Made by a program: the position numbers and the translations under genes
Source of the DNA: a bacterium
GTDB taxonomy: Bacteria > Zhuqueibacterota > Zhuqueibacteria > Residuimicrobiales > Krinioviventaceae
Assembly: GCA_963674595.2 (NCBI GenBank)
Contig: CAXXFV010000023.1
Coordinates: forward strand, 886,647 to 950,646
Reading direction: 5' to 3'
Length of the DNA stretch: 64,000 nt
Shown: one piece after another, positions 20,071-30,550 of the stretch
How positions within the stretch are numbered: the first letter of the stretch is position 1
Layout of the letters: each line of letters starts with the position of its first letter
Notes under the pieces: model-generated
Database searches by the model: none
What the model was told of the DNA's origin: nothing
What the model saw: the letters and a program-made list of their open reading frames with translations, nothing else

Positions 20071-20730
20071 TCATTGAGAACTGCTGATAGTTTCCAGGAC
20101 AGTGTCCAGCTTTTCAGACTCCAGCAAAAGCTTGATTATCCTGCCCTCCAGAGGTTTGTAGTACCTCCCTCCAGTAACTATCTTCTTTGAGAAGTCAATT
20201 TCATCACTTTTGAATTTTTCAATCACTTCATCAAAAACGGGCAGAATCAGGCTAAGCATTTGTTTTTCATTAAACCTGTAGCTTTCCTGGTAATTGATCG
20301 GAAATCTTCTCTGGGACACAACCCGTCCGGCGTCGATCTTTTCATTCATCACGTGAGCACTTACCCCGCCCTGTCTCTCACGGTTTAAAACAGCTTGGGG
20401 AAGGGGGTGTCTCCCCCTGTAGTATGGCAGGATTCCTGAGTGAATATTTATTATCTTCCTGTCAAGGTATTCAATGATTTCTGGGGGAACAATGATTCCA
20501 AAACTACAGACAATGGTCAGGGAAGGGGGCGGTGCAGAAAACACCTTCTCAATCAAATCGCTTTTTGTTTCAATGAATGCATGCTTCACCTGGTTTTCCT
20601 CGGCAAAACCCGTCAGCTCTTTCGGACATTTGTCTTTTTCAAAGATGAATCGTGAAATGCCCTTGCTATATTTCGATATGACAATTTCACTTACCCTTCC
20701 CCAGTAACATATATCAGTGTTGTTTTTCAT
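20071..20730 (-). CDS. Formyltransferase (FMT-like, probably sugar N-formyltransferase)
   Basis: INIHSGILPYYRGRHP; IDAG; next to WbqC. Confidence 0.85.
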   Translation of the reverse strand: MKNNTDICYWGRVSEIVISKYSKGISRFIFEKDKCPKELTGFAEENQVKHAFIETKSDLIEKVFSAPPPSLTIVCSFGIIVPPEIIEYLDRKIINIHSGILPYYRGRHPLPQAVLNRERQGGVSAHVMNEKIDAGRVVSQRRFPINYQESYRFNEKQMLSLILPVFDEVIEKFKSDEIDFSKKIVTGGRYYKPLEGRIIKLLLESEKLDTVLETISSSQ

Positions 20731-20767
20731 ACAGTTCTATAGATTCGGCATAACCTCCGGCCTTCAG

Positions 20768-21475
20768 TCAACTCCTTAGGGAGGGACAAGAATTCCGTAT
20801 GTAGCTGGAAGCGAGGGGCCCACAATTGAAAATCAGATCCATAATGGAAACCTGGTGGTCAAATACTCCATGCAGTTGCTTGTATTCCGGATATTCATAC
20901 CTCATGTATTCGATTGCGATATCGTTTTCTCTGAATTTTTCTGGATCGATATAACTCCTGGCCGAGGGGCCAGAGACATAGCAACGGGCACCCAGCCTTT
21001 TACATATTGCTATTATCTTTTGCTCCTTCCCCTCAGAGACAGGAATCTCTGCCATTGTTATGAATTCAGTCCTGATGCCAAGGATTTCACAGAGCAGTTT
21101 AGTCGAAAAGATGTTTAATTCAGAGAGCTTTTCCCATTTGTTTTCGAGGTAGATATTGTCAATGATCCACCGGTACTCGTCAAAGAAAGGGGCTTTTGCA
21201 TAATTGACCTGAAATGCGCAGTGGTGCTTTCTCTGCCAATTGTAACTCGTTTCGATTACCACATCTGACAATTTCTGTCTGAATCTTCCTTTAGTTTTTA
21301 CCGGTACTGTGATCCACTTGGGCCCGTGACAGGTTTTAATCCTGTTCCGATTTCTCCAGTCACCTTTCGTGTATTGGACTCCTTCATAGAACACAAAGGT
21401 ATCGACTCTGTTAATCAGGTCAAAAACCCCCTTCCAGGGAAGGTAATTGGACTGTAATATTGCTGTCCTGCCCAT
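20768..21475 (-). CDS. WbqC family protein
   Basis: ILQSNYLPWKGVFDLI, QYTKGDWRNRNRIKT, NYAKAPFF, YVSGPSA, YKQLHG..SIMDLIFNCGP; start moved to ATG 21475. Confidence 0.92.
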   Translation of the reverse strand: MGRTAILQSNYLPWKGVFDLINRVDTFVFYEGVQYTKGDWRNRNRIKTCHGPKWITVPVKTKGRFRQKLSDVVIETSYNWQRKHHCAFQVNYAKAPFFDEYRWIIDNIYLENKWEKLSELNIFSTKLLCEILGIRTEFITMAEIPVSEGKEQKIIAICKRLGARCYVSGPSARSYIDPEKFRENDIAIEYMRYEYPEYKQLHGVFDHQVSIMDLIFNCGPLASSYIRNSCPSLRS

Positions 21476-21858
21476 AAGGTTCTCTTTTACTTTTTTCCCG
21501 ATATTACGGCTGCATAAATCCCTGGTTTGATTGTCGGGCACACCCAAGACCCTATCCGAACATCCTTAAAGCTCCAGGCACCTTTCCGGCCCTGTCATAC
21601 ATTAGGTCCTGTTGTTCTTTTAGATTCATGCCCTTCCGACAGGTCCCAATAATACCGTACCAACAGCCTGTAATGAAAACCTAATTGATTTTTAAATCCT
21701 GGAATCCAGACGGGGAGGGATTAATGCCATGGGTATTGCCACTTATGTCTGTGTTTTGTCCCATTGACACCGAACCTGACGGCGTTTACTCTCTAGAAAG
21801 AACTGTTAAAAAAGGCCCATCGTAATGACGGCCAGATTTCCCGGAAAAGAGAAAACCC

Positions 21859-24654
21859 ATGATAAACAGAAGCCTGATCGCAACAGTTATAATCACAATG
21901 ATTTCGATTGCACCTCTCCTTGCCGACCAGTCTATCGATACTGAAGCAACCCAAAAAATAAAAGAGTACACCACTGATCCCCAGTACCTCACTCCTCTGG
22001 TGGACCACCTGCCCGCGTCAGAAAACGTTCCCGCTCCCCATGAAGTCCTGGGTTACGTTACCGGAGCTCCCGGCCACATGACCTATTACCGGGATATTGT
22101 CCGTTATTACAGGGAACTGGAAGAGGCCAGCGGCAGGGTTAAAATCTTCGAGGTCGGGAAAAGCCATGGAGGCAATACAATGATTGCCGTTGTTGTCGGG
22201 AGTGAAGACAGCATCACCAATCTGGACAGATACCGGTCCAATACCAAAAAGCTGTCTGATCCCCGCCTCTGCGATGAAGCGCAGATGAAAACTCTTCTCA
22301 AAGAAACCAAACCAATCTACATGCTCACCGGAGGGCTGCATTCACCGGAAACGGGAAGCCCGGAAATGCTCATGGAAATGGCCTTCCGCCTGGTGGTTGA
22401 AGACAGCCCGATGATCAGGGAAATCCGTGAAAACGTGATAACAGTTATCATTCCGGTCCTGGAAACTGACGGCTGGAACCGGCAGGTGGACTGGTACTAC
22501 CGCCACACCAAAAAATTTGGGGAAGATGAGTGGGACGACATACCTCGCACATCTCCTCCATTCTGGGGGAAATACACCGTTCATGACAATAACCGTGACG
22601 GCATAATGCTGAGCCAGCCTTTGTCCAAAAACATGAACAAGACCTTTTTCATGTTTCATCCGCAGGTTGTGCATGACCTGCATGAAAGCATTCCCATTCT
22701 CTACATAAGCACAGGAACCGGACCCTACTATCCGACAATGAGCCCGATTGTACGGAATGAATGGCAATGGCTGGCCTTTAATGAGGTGACCCGCATGACC
22801 AGCCTGGGCGTGCCAGGTGTCTGGACCTGGGGCTTCTTTACCGGATGGTTTCCGGGTTACGGGGCCTGGCCGGGAAATAACCACAACGCCATCAGCCGCT
22901 TCTATGAGACTTTCGGCAATGCCGGGGCCAACACCTACGAACGAATCATCAGCCAGACTCCCGGTGAGGGACGGACTTCCGAGGAATGGTACCGGCCCCT
23001 TCCGCCGCCGGCCAAGACACTCTGGAGCCTGAGAAACAACACCAATATAATGCAGAGCGCCTGCCTGGTGGCCCTGGAATTCACAGCACGCCACCGGGAC
23101 ACAATCCTGGAGAATTTCTGGAAGAAAGGACACAACTCCATATTGAAGGGTGAGTCGGAAAAGCCATATGCCTGGATCATTCCCACAAAACAGAATGATC
23201 CGCTTGCCGCCCGGCGCATGCTGGATATTTTCAGGATGCACGGCATCGAGATTCAACAACTGACTGAAGATTTTTCAGTGGATGAGACCGGCTATCCTGC
23301 CGGAAGCCTGGTTGTACGGATGGACCAGCCTTACCGCAATTTTGCCAAAACCCTGCTTGAAAAGCAGGAATGGCCGGAAAAAAGCACAACCCGTCCCTAT
23401 GACGCGACAACCTGGACCATCAGCTTGATGCTGGGAGTCGAGACTTCCTGTATTGAAGATGAATCCATACTGCAGGCGCCCATGCGAATGCTCGACATTG
23501 ATCCTTTCAAGGGGGAACTGCAGGAAGTATCCTCCCCAACGCGGATAGTGATCCCGCCCCAGGGAAATGCGACTCTGGCTGCCGTCCTGGCCCTTCAGGG
23601 AGAAGATATCAGGATTACAGACGAGGATATTGAAACGGAAGAGAGCATCATCCCTGCCGGCAGCCTGGTTCTCGGTGCTGAATCCAGAAGCAAAATCGAG
23701 AAGCTCTGCAGTGAATCAGGGATCAAAGCTATCGCGGTTAACCGGGAGATCCCTGCCGCCCGCAAGCTGGCCCTGCCCAGGCTGGGGCTTTATTCCGCCT
23801 GGTTCACAACCCAGGACCCCGGATGGGCCAGATACGCGTTGGACGCCGCCGGGATTCCCTGGACCTGGATTACTAAAGAACGGGTTCGCCAAGGCGGGCT
23901 GAACAGTGCATTCGATGTAATAATTGTTCCCCACCATGGAGGACGAACCAGCGGCCTCGCCTTCCTGCGGGGCATTGACTCGCGTCACAGCCCTCTCGAC
24001 TATAAACGGACCGAGGAATTTCAGTTCCTCGGCTCCCCGGTTGAATCAGGAGACATAACCGGGGGACTGGGACTGGAGGGGCTGGCGGAGATCGAAGGAT
24101 TCGTCAATGAAGGGGGAATCCTGATCACCCTGGGATCGGGAAGCCGTTTGGTCACCGACTTCGGAATGCTTTCCGGCGTGACTGCCAGGTCAGCGTCCGA
24201 CCTGGTCTGTCCCGGAACCCTGGTTTCCGGCTGGGTAAGGCAGGAGAACAATCCTGTCGTTTATGGGATCAGCGAACATCCGGCTATTTACCAGAGCAGC
24301 ATGCCGGTATTTGAAGTGGCTAAACACCTTCGTTCGTCTGTTGTAATGCAGTTCGGCACCGAACTTCCCAAGGATGTTATGAACGAGATGAGTGATGAAG
24401 ACAAAAAAGCGCACAAAAATATGCAGAAGGAACACTCATTAAGAATCAGCGGGCTTCTGAAAGGCGAAAAAACACTGGACGGAACAGCCGCGATTGTCGA
24501 TGCCCCGCTTGGCAAGGGCCGGGTTGTTCTCTTTGCCTATAATCCTCTATATCGCTGGATGAGCCAGGCCAGTTTCCCAATGGTATTCAATGCCATACTC
24601 AACTGGGATGCTCCGGGAAACCTGGGGAGCCAGCCCAGCCAGGATGGGATGTGA
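21859..24654 (+). CDS. Secreted M14 family zinc carboxypeptidase
   Basis: Signal peptide; GLHSPE, HDNNRD, HDLHE; C-terminal GATase-like domain (LEGLAEIEGFVNEGG). Confidence 0.9.
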   Translation: MINRSLIATVIITMISIAPLLADQSIDTEATQKIKEYTTDPQYLTPLVDHLPASENVPAPHEVLGYVTGAPGHMTYYRDIVRYYRELEEASGRVKIFEVGKSHGGNTMIAVVVGSEDSITNLDRYRSNTKKLSDPRLCDEAQMKTLLKETKPIYMLTGGLHSPETGSPEMLMEMAFRLVVEDSPMIREIRENVITVIIPVLETDGWNRQVDWYYRHTKKFGEDEWDDIPRTSPPFWGKYTVHDNNRDGIMLSQPLSKNMNKTFFMFHPQVVHDLHESIPILYISTGTGPYYPTMSPIVRNEWQWLAFNEVTRMTSLGVPGVWTWGFFTGWFPGYGAWPGNNHNAISRFYETFGNAGANTYERIISQTPGEGRTSEEWYRPLPPPAKTLWSLRNNTNIMQSACLVALEFTARHRDTILENFWKKGHNSILKGESEKPYAWIIPTKQNDPLAARRMLDIFRMHGIEIQQLTEDFSVDETGYPAGSLVVRMDQPYRNFAKTLLEKQEWPEKSTTRPYDATTWTISLMLGVETSCIEDESILQAPMRMLDIDPFKGELQEVSSPTRIVIPPQGNATLAAVLALQGEDIRITDEDIETEESIIPAGSLVLGAESRSKIEKLCSESGIKAIAVNREIPAARKLALPRLGLYSAWFTTQDPGWARYALDAAGIPWTWITKERVRQGGLNSAFDVIIVPHHGGRTSGLAFLRGIDSRHSPLDYKRTEEFQFLGSPVESGDITGGLGLEGLAEIEGFVNEGGILITLGSGSRLVTDFGMLSGVTARSASDLVCPGTLVSGWVRQENNPVVYGISEHPAIYQSSMPVFEVAKHLRSSVVMQFGTELPKDVMNEMSDEDKKAHKNMQKEHSLRISGLLKGEKTLDGTAAIVDAPLGKGRVVLFAYNPLYRWMSQASFPMVFNAILNWDAPGNLGSQPSQDGM

Positions 24655-24673
24655 ACCAATAAATGAACCGTCA

Positions 24674-24701
24674 ATCAGCGGTCCAGGACCGGGCCGCTGA
24701 T
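24674..24701. terminator. Hairpin between convergent genes
   Basis: atcagcggtcc-aggacc-gggccgctgat. Confidence 0.45.
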
Positions 24702-24781
24702 CACTCCCAAGTCATATTCAAACGAAACTGTGGGCGGAAATTTTTGAAACGCTTCCTGTAAAGCCCCGGGAATTCCCCTAT

Positions 24782-25909
24782 CTACTCTTCTTCGGTCAAA
24801 TCCTCATCGCCAGGATGGTTTTTCTCCATGCAGCTGGGACAGATCCCATGGCTGAATTCCGCCTCTGTATGTTTTGAAACATAAGCGTCGACCTGGTTCC
24901 AGTATCCCTGGTCATCCCTTATTTTCTTACAATATGAACAGATGGGAACGATGCCTTTGAGCGTTTCAATTCTTTTTTGATAAGACGATATGCTCACGTA
25001 TACAAGAGCTAGAACAACTAGCGTGATCAAAAAACAGATGCCAAGATTGATCAGCAGGGTAGTGAAAATTCGCCTGGTTACCTGGTCTTCGGACTGCTCC
25101 ACAATAAGATGCCAGCCTAATTCAGATATATAACGGGTATTTATATGAAGAACATCATTTCCGTTTTTATACTTAAAATATTCTTCGTCGAGGGTAAGCA
25201 CTGAATCCCTGTATTCTGGACTTAATCTCCCGCTGAAGACATTATCTATAGCTTTAGGGAAATCGGATCCCGCAAGCTTAACGTCACCAATCTCATCTAT
25301 AAAATAAATACTTCTGTCATATTTCTCCTGATACTCCTCAATCAGCTCCCTTACGGCATTGACTGCCAGGCCTACGCCCGCGGCTCCTATATAATTACCC
25401 TGATAGTCCCGCACCTGATAGTTCACAAAAATTGTTGTAGTATCCTCGTTGGCCATATCAGGATCGACATTGATTTCATAATCATCCGTCATCTTCCTGA
25501 CCCTGAAATACCAGACATCCCGCTCTTCATCGGGGGAGACTTCCTTTAGAATCCCTTCGGCATAATAGTATTTACGGGATTTCTCGGAAACAAAAAAACT
25601 GGTGAGGGTTTTGTACTTTGTTTTGATTTCACTCAGGTATTTAACGATTCTGCCTTCATCGATCTCCCCTGCAATAATCCAGTCCTTTAAAAAAGTGTCA
25701 TTGGCCATCAACGACGAAATGAATACAGGGCGGAACAGATCCCTCTGAATTTCGGAATAGATATTGTCGCTTGTCAGCGGCAGGGCAGTGGATGAAATCT
25801 CAGATCGCAGGGACTCGACGGAAACATAGTAACTGGCAAGGCTGGTGATCAGGAAACCAACGATCAGCAGCAGGCTGATAACGGCAATCAGTCTTTTTTC
25901 TTTTGTCAT
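24782..25909 (-). CDS. dCache-type periplasmic sensor with C-terminal CxxC...HGICPxC module
   Basis: TM - LPLTSDNIYSEIQRDL...RDVWYFR...IFVNY...IGAAGVG...GWHLIVEQ - TM - TLKGIVPICSYCKKIRDDQGYW...FSHGICPSC. Confidence 0.85.
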   Translation of the reverse strand: MTKEKRLIAVISLLLIVGFLITSLASYYVSVESLRSEISSTALPLTSDNIYSEIQRDLFRPVFISSLMANDTFLKDWIIAGEIDEGRIVKYLSEIKTKYKTLTSFFVSEKSRKYYYAEGILKEVSPDEERDVWYFRVRKMTDDYEINVDPDMANEDTTTIFVNYQVRDYQGNYIGAAGVGLAVNAVRELIEEYQEKYDRSIYFIDEIGDVKLAGSDFPKAIDNVFSGRLSPEYRDSVLTLDEEYFKYKNGNDVLHINTRYISELGWHLIVEQSEDQVTRRIFTTLLINLGICFLITLVVLALVYVSISSYQKRIETLKGIVPICSYCKKIRDDQGYWNQVDAYVSKHTEAEFSHGICPSCMEKNHPGDEDLTEEE

Positions 25910-26133
25910 ATTATAAATAACCAATCGATACAAAAAAAAGGAATGCACAAGAATACATCATCTATATGGTCTTCTATCAGCGATTTATGGACATCTCAAG
26001 AAAGCGGTCCGGGAGCAATCCAGATTAAATCCCCGTAATTTTGGGCAAAATACGGCCCGTGAATGTCCAGGATTTTTAAATGGGGCCGCGATCTCCCTTT
26101 TGGAGAGGACGGGTTGGTGAATCCCCCGAAACT

Positions 26134-27219
26134 TCAGGGGAAAAATACCATTTTCCGCTTTTCCTCATCCCATAATTTCAGATGGGGGCAGGATAGGCTT
26201 TCCAGGAGTGTTACCGGTCTTTCTATCTGCACCACGGGAACCGAATCGTAACACCTTTTGAGATTATAATTGGGAATTAACGGATTAAGGTGGTGTATAT
26301 GGTGATAACCGATATTACCTGAACACCAGCGCAGTATGGCAGGCATCCGGTAGAAGGAACATCCTTCCATTGAGGCTTTCCACCTGTCCCAGTCCTCTCC
26401 CCTGGCCCAATATCCATTGGAAAACTGGTGCTGTACGTAAAACAGCCAGATTCCCGCCGCACCGGCCATCCAGATCACCGGTATCTGTATCAGGAAATAA
26501 GTCCACAATCCAATAAACTGGGCTGCCGAAAAGACCAGCGCCAGTATCAGCAGATTTGTGAACATGACGCTTACTATTACTTTTTTACCCGCCCTGCGGT
26601 CTGGATACCTGTTGATGATCAGGAACAGAATTAAACCACCCAGGAAAAACAATACCACTGGATTTCGGTAAAGCCTGTAAAGGCCACGCCTCCATTTCGA
26701 TAATTTCCTGTATTCGGCTACCGTCAGTGTCCAGACATCGCCATATCCGCGCTCATCCAGGTTGGCAAAGGAAACATGATGCCTGAGATGGTTGTACCGC
26801 CACTCCGCGAAGTCAGTAAACACGAGGACACCGCAAATGTAGCCAAAAAAGCTGTTGGCTTTCTTCGAGCTGAAAAAGGAACCGTGCGCGCAGTCGTGAA
26901 AAAAAATAAAAATCCTGACCAGGAAAGCGGCAGCGGGCACTGCCAGCAGTAATGTCCATAAATAGGAATATCCCAGCTCGACTGATCTGATCATCAGGTA
27001 CCAGGTACAAAAATACAGTACCAGCGTGGATGTCAACTGCCAGATGGCTTTCCAGTTTTCGGATTGCCGGAACGGTGCCAACATCCTGTAAATATCAGAT
27101 ATCGAAATGCCGGGATTCCTCCCGTTTGTCGAATTTTCGATCCTGTTTGGATTATCCTCAGTCATAATCATAATCCTTAACGACTGATTCCTGTTTTGGA
27201 AGATTCGAGCTTCATTCAA
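26134..27219 (-). CDS. Membrane fatty acid desaturase (Bacillus Des-like)
   Basis: Three His boxes HDCAH, HLRHH, HHIHH plus YVQH; true start probably a little downstream. Confidence 0.93.
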   Translation of the reverse strand: MNEARIFQNRNQSLRIMIMTEDNPNRIENSTNGRNPGISISDIYRMLAPFRQSENWKAIWQLTSTLVLYFCTWYLMIRSVELGYSYLWTLLLAVPAAAFLVRIFIFFHDCAHGSFFSSKKANSFFGYICGVLVFTDFAEWRYNHLRHHVSFANLDERGYGDVWTLTVAEYRKLSKWRRGLYRLYRNPVVLFFLGGLILFLIINRYPDRRAGKKVIVSVMFTNLLILALVFSAAQFIGLWTYFLIQIPVIWMAGAAGIWLFYVQHQFSNGYWARGEDWDRWKASMEGCSFYRMPAILRWCSGNIGYHHIHHLNPLIPNYNLKRCYDSVPVVQIERPVTLLESLSCPHLKLWDEEKRKMVFFP

Positions 27220-27437
27220 TGAAACTCAACAGGAGCAAAAAAACAAGTCTGGAAATGCAGGCTGGATTATCAATTAACAGTATTATCCAGACTACTGTTT
27301 ATCTTACCAAATTCAGAAAGAATGTCTATTGATTACAAAAACATATGAGTCACTTATTGCTGTAATTGATAAGCTTTTGGATGGTACTATTTAAATTAAG
27401 CTAAAGTGCATTATCAATAATCCTGCAAAGGAAAAAT

Positions 27438-29807
27438 ATGAGAAACATCATGCAAAAAAGGCTCTGGATGGTATTAGTCTTATTATTCTTTTTCTCCATC
27501 ACTCCCCTGCAGGCCCAGGTCAAATGGCTCACATCGTTCGAAGAGGCCAAAGAGATCGCGACCAGGGATAACAAATTCATTGTCATTGATATCTCTGCCT
27601 CCTGGTGTGGTCCCTGCCGAAAGATGGCTCGTGAGGTTTATCCGGATCCGGATTTCATAGCCTTCACTGAAAAAAATGTATTCATGCTCGTCGATGCCGA
27701 AGAGGACAATGAAGGAATTGTCCTGGCCCGGAAATTCAAGGTTCACTCCTTCCCCACCATCCTGGTTCTTAATTCAAGGGGAGAGGAAATCGACAGGCTA
27801 TCCGGCGGAAGAGATACAGAGACGCTGATTGAAGATCTTCAAAATATCTTCACCTATAGTATCCCCAGAAAAGAATTAAACCGGAAAGCTGATAGAAACT
27901 TCAGCGATTTTGAATTACAGAAGGTCGCAGGATTTCGCGCTTTTGACCGCCATGATTTCAAACAGGCTGAGAGGTATTTGAGTAGAGCTGCCAAGCTTGC
28001 TGTTGAGGATGATCCGGGAACCCTTTTCTCAATTTACATGTTTCTAAGCCAATGCCAGTTCAAAGAAGAGCATTTTGAAGAGTGTATAGACAGCCTGGAG
28101 AAGATGGAGAAACTATTACCGCTATCCGCTGAGGTCAACTATGTTGCTCTTCTCAAGGCCAAGGCGTTGGCAAATCTGGAAAGGTATGATGAAGCTTTTG
28201 CCATATTAGGGGAATTCATCAAATCCCCCGAGATGAAGAACCTTGCAGATGTCCGTGAAGTCCTGAAAAAACTGCCGGAGGAATATCGAAAAGATCAGGA
28301 AACCGTCGAAAAGCAGAACAAAAAAGCAGCAGAGCTGGCCGAGAAAAACAAGCTTCAAGAAGCTGAAATCCTTGTAAACAATTCACTGGAACTGGATCCT
28401 GAAAACATCGATTCACTGCTCATCAGTGCCGGGGTCCAAATCGTAATCGCCAGCCGGAATCAAGAAGATCCTGAATCGCCAAAACGGGTAGAAACAGCTT
28501 TAAGACAGGCCCGTATGGCCATACGGCTGGCCCCTGGTGATTTTTCTGTCTACAACAAAGCAAAAAGCCTGCATATTTATTCCCCTGCCGGATATATTTT
28601 GCCCAAAAATCCCGAGGCGGTAAAGGAGTTCAATAAAGCCGAACAGGATTTTGCCAAGGCCAGATATGAAAATGCAGTAAGACATTACCTGAAAGTAATG
28701 GAGCTGGAACCCATGTTCAGCTACACCTATCTTCATCTAGGAGACTGCTTCTTCGCGAACAAGCAGCTGGAGCAGGCCCTGAAACTATATGAACAGGCCA
28801 TTGCCCTGTCTCCGCTTAATCCAGCAGGCTACCGGTATGCGGCTGATACATGTGCCAAACTCGGCCAACCTGAGAAATGCAGGGAATACCTGATCGAATC
28901 TGTAAAGGCCGATCCTTCTTACCCCACAACCTGGCAGTACATGAACAATTCCAAGTATGGAAAAAACGGGATCGAAAGACACTATCACTTAATTCCTACC
29001 AAGCTTCTCCTCTGCCGAAGCGAAGATGACTACGAATCCCTGCTGAGTGACTTGCCCTCCCGGACTCTCCCGGCCTGGCGGGCTTACATCAACAAGAAAC
29101 TCAGCTATGAGAACCGGGAACGAAAACCCGGAATAATCCACTGGCCATCAGCCGGAGGGGAGCTGGAATGCCTCAGGGAACTGGTAGCCACATGGAGTGC
29201 CCTTAAGCTGGAAATCTGGGACCTGCACGATGCCGATCTGGATTTCATCCGCCAGGTTTCAATTGATGGTCACCTGGACACGTTTGTCTTCCTTGAGCTC
29301 TACACCGAAACATACAGGCCTGAATTTGAGCTGTGGAAAAAAAAGAATGGGCGCAAAATCAACGAATACCTGGAAAATTACATCTTTGATATCCCCCTGT
29401 ACTCACTGAAGTCCGGACAGAATACCTCTGCCGTAAAAGCTTACAACAAAGGGGTTGACCTTCTTTCTTCAGATTCGGCAGCTGCTATAGCAGAATTCCA
29501 GAAAGCCCTGTGGCAGGATCCGTATATGACCCCGGCAATGCAGAATTTAAGCGTTTTGCTGGCCAATGCTGAACAATATCAAGAAGCCATGGAAGTCGCG
29601 GAAAGATGGCACCAGGCCTACCCGGATTCGCTGGATGCCGTGAACCAACTCTCCTATATATATCTAAAACTGGAAGAATTTGAGAAGGCTATCACGTTGA
29701 TCGAAGAGACATTACGTGATGATGCCGTGAAGAAACCGACTTCCCCGGATTTGATCAGCAATCTGGAACAGATGCTCCAATTCTGCAAGCAAAGGCTATT
29801 ACTATAA
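27438..29807 (+). CDS. Exported thioredoxin-family protein with extensive TPR repeats
   Basis: Signal peptide; ASWCGPCRKM; SFPTILVL; many TPR helices (YLHLGDCFF, ALKLYEQAIALSP). Confidence 0.85.
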   Translation: MRNIMQKRLWMVLVLLFFFSITPLQAQVKWLTSFEEAKEIATRDNKFIVIDISASWCGPCRKMAREVYPDPDFIAFTEKNVFMLVDAEEDNEGIVLARKFKVHSFPTILVLNSRGEEIDRLSGGRDTETLIEDLQNIFTYSIPRKELNRKADRNFSDFELQKVAGFRAFDRHDFKQAERYLSRAAKLAVEDDPGTLFSIYMFLSQCQFKEEHFEECIDSLEKMEKLLPLSAEVNYVALLKAKALANLERYDEAFAILGEFIKSPEMKNLADVREVLKKLPEEYRKDQETVEKQNKKAAELAEKNKLQEAEILVNNSLELDPENIDSLLISAGVQIVIASRNQEDPESPKRVETALRQARMAIRLAPGDFSVYNKAKSLHIYSPAGYILPKNPEAVKEFNKAEQDFAKARYENAVRHYLKVMELEPMFSYTYLHLGDCFFANKQLEQALKLYEQAIALSPLNPAGYRYAADTCAKLGQPEKCREYLIESVKADPSYPTTWQYMNNSKYGKNGIERHYHLIPTKLLLCRSEDDYESLLSDLPSRTLPAWRAYINKKLSYENRERKPGIIHWPSAGGELECLRELVATWSALKLEIWDLHDADLDFIRQVSIDGHLDTFVFLELYTETYRPEFELWKKKNGRKINEYLENYIFDIPLYSLKSGQNTSAVKAYNKGVDLLSSDSAAAIAEFQKALWQDPYMTPAMQNLSVLLANAEQYQEAMEVAERWHQAYPDSLDAVNQLSYIYLKLEEFEKAITLIEETLRDDAVKKPTSPDLISNLEQMLQFCKQRLLL

Positions 29808-30299
29808 TCAGATAAACTTCCCCATCAGGATTATATTGTCGTACACTCCATTGAGCTTTCGCCCCTTGATCCTCTTTCCCTCGATGTTGAAACCTGCTTT
29901 TTTGTATAAATTCACAGCAGGCAGATTGGACTCAAAAACCTCAAGGTCCACTCTTTCGATCCTGTTAATTTGCCGGGCATGTTGTATAGTGACCTCAAGA
30001 AGCCGCGCGCCAATGCCCCTTCCTCTCCATGCCTTCAGGACCCCCATAGCCAGTATTCCCGTGTGCCTCATCCCTTCATGGCCGCGGGGGAGGATATCAC
30101 ACCACCCGATCACCAGGTCCCCTTCCAACGCGTAATACTGGGCCAGGTTTCCCTCAACAATTGTCTTCACAAATTCCCGGGTGGATTCAAGCGGAAAACC
30201 GGTTGTGGCAGCCAGGTATTTCCTTTCCCTGGCCACGGTTTCTACAGCCCGGCCAAAGGATTTCACATATTTAATTGAAGCCTGCTGAATAATCATCAA
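29808..30299 (-). CDS. GNAT N-acetyltransferase
   Basis: MGVLKAWRGRGIG; LEVFESNLPAVNLYKKAGF. Confidence 0.92.
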   Translation of the reverse strand: MMIIQQASIKYVKSFGRAVETVARERKYLAATTGFPLESTREFVKTIVEGNLAQYYALEGDLVIGWCDILPRGHEGMRHTGILAMGVLKAWRGRGIGARLLEVTIQHARQINRIERVDLEVFESNLPAVNLYKKAGFNIEGKRIKGRKLNGVYDNIILMGKFI

Positions 30300-30550
30300 T
30301 CAGTTCCCTTCAAATAAAGATTAACAAGGTTTCAAATAATTTCACTAAAAAATCCCGGAAGTCGATTCAGAAGCTCCTGTCTTGTGCCGATATCTTTACA
30401 AATCTTCACAGAGTTTCTCGCCATTAATGTAATACTTCCACGTCAATTCCCGTCTATAGAAAATAAGAGGAGCATACCTTATTTAAAAAACTTCAAAAAT
30501 TAAAAACAAGCCTGGATAACGATCATTCCCACATTTTGTAAGGAGACAAG

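Noticed and set aside
19820-20071. RiPP precursor for the radical SAM/SPASM enzymes (also checked 42038-42323)
   Set aside because: Only very short ORFs without RBS or precursor-like composition; no RRE/PqqD domain seen
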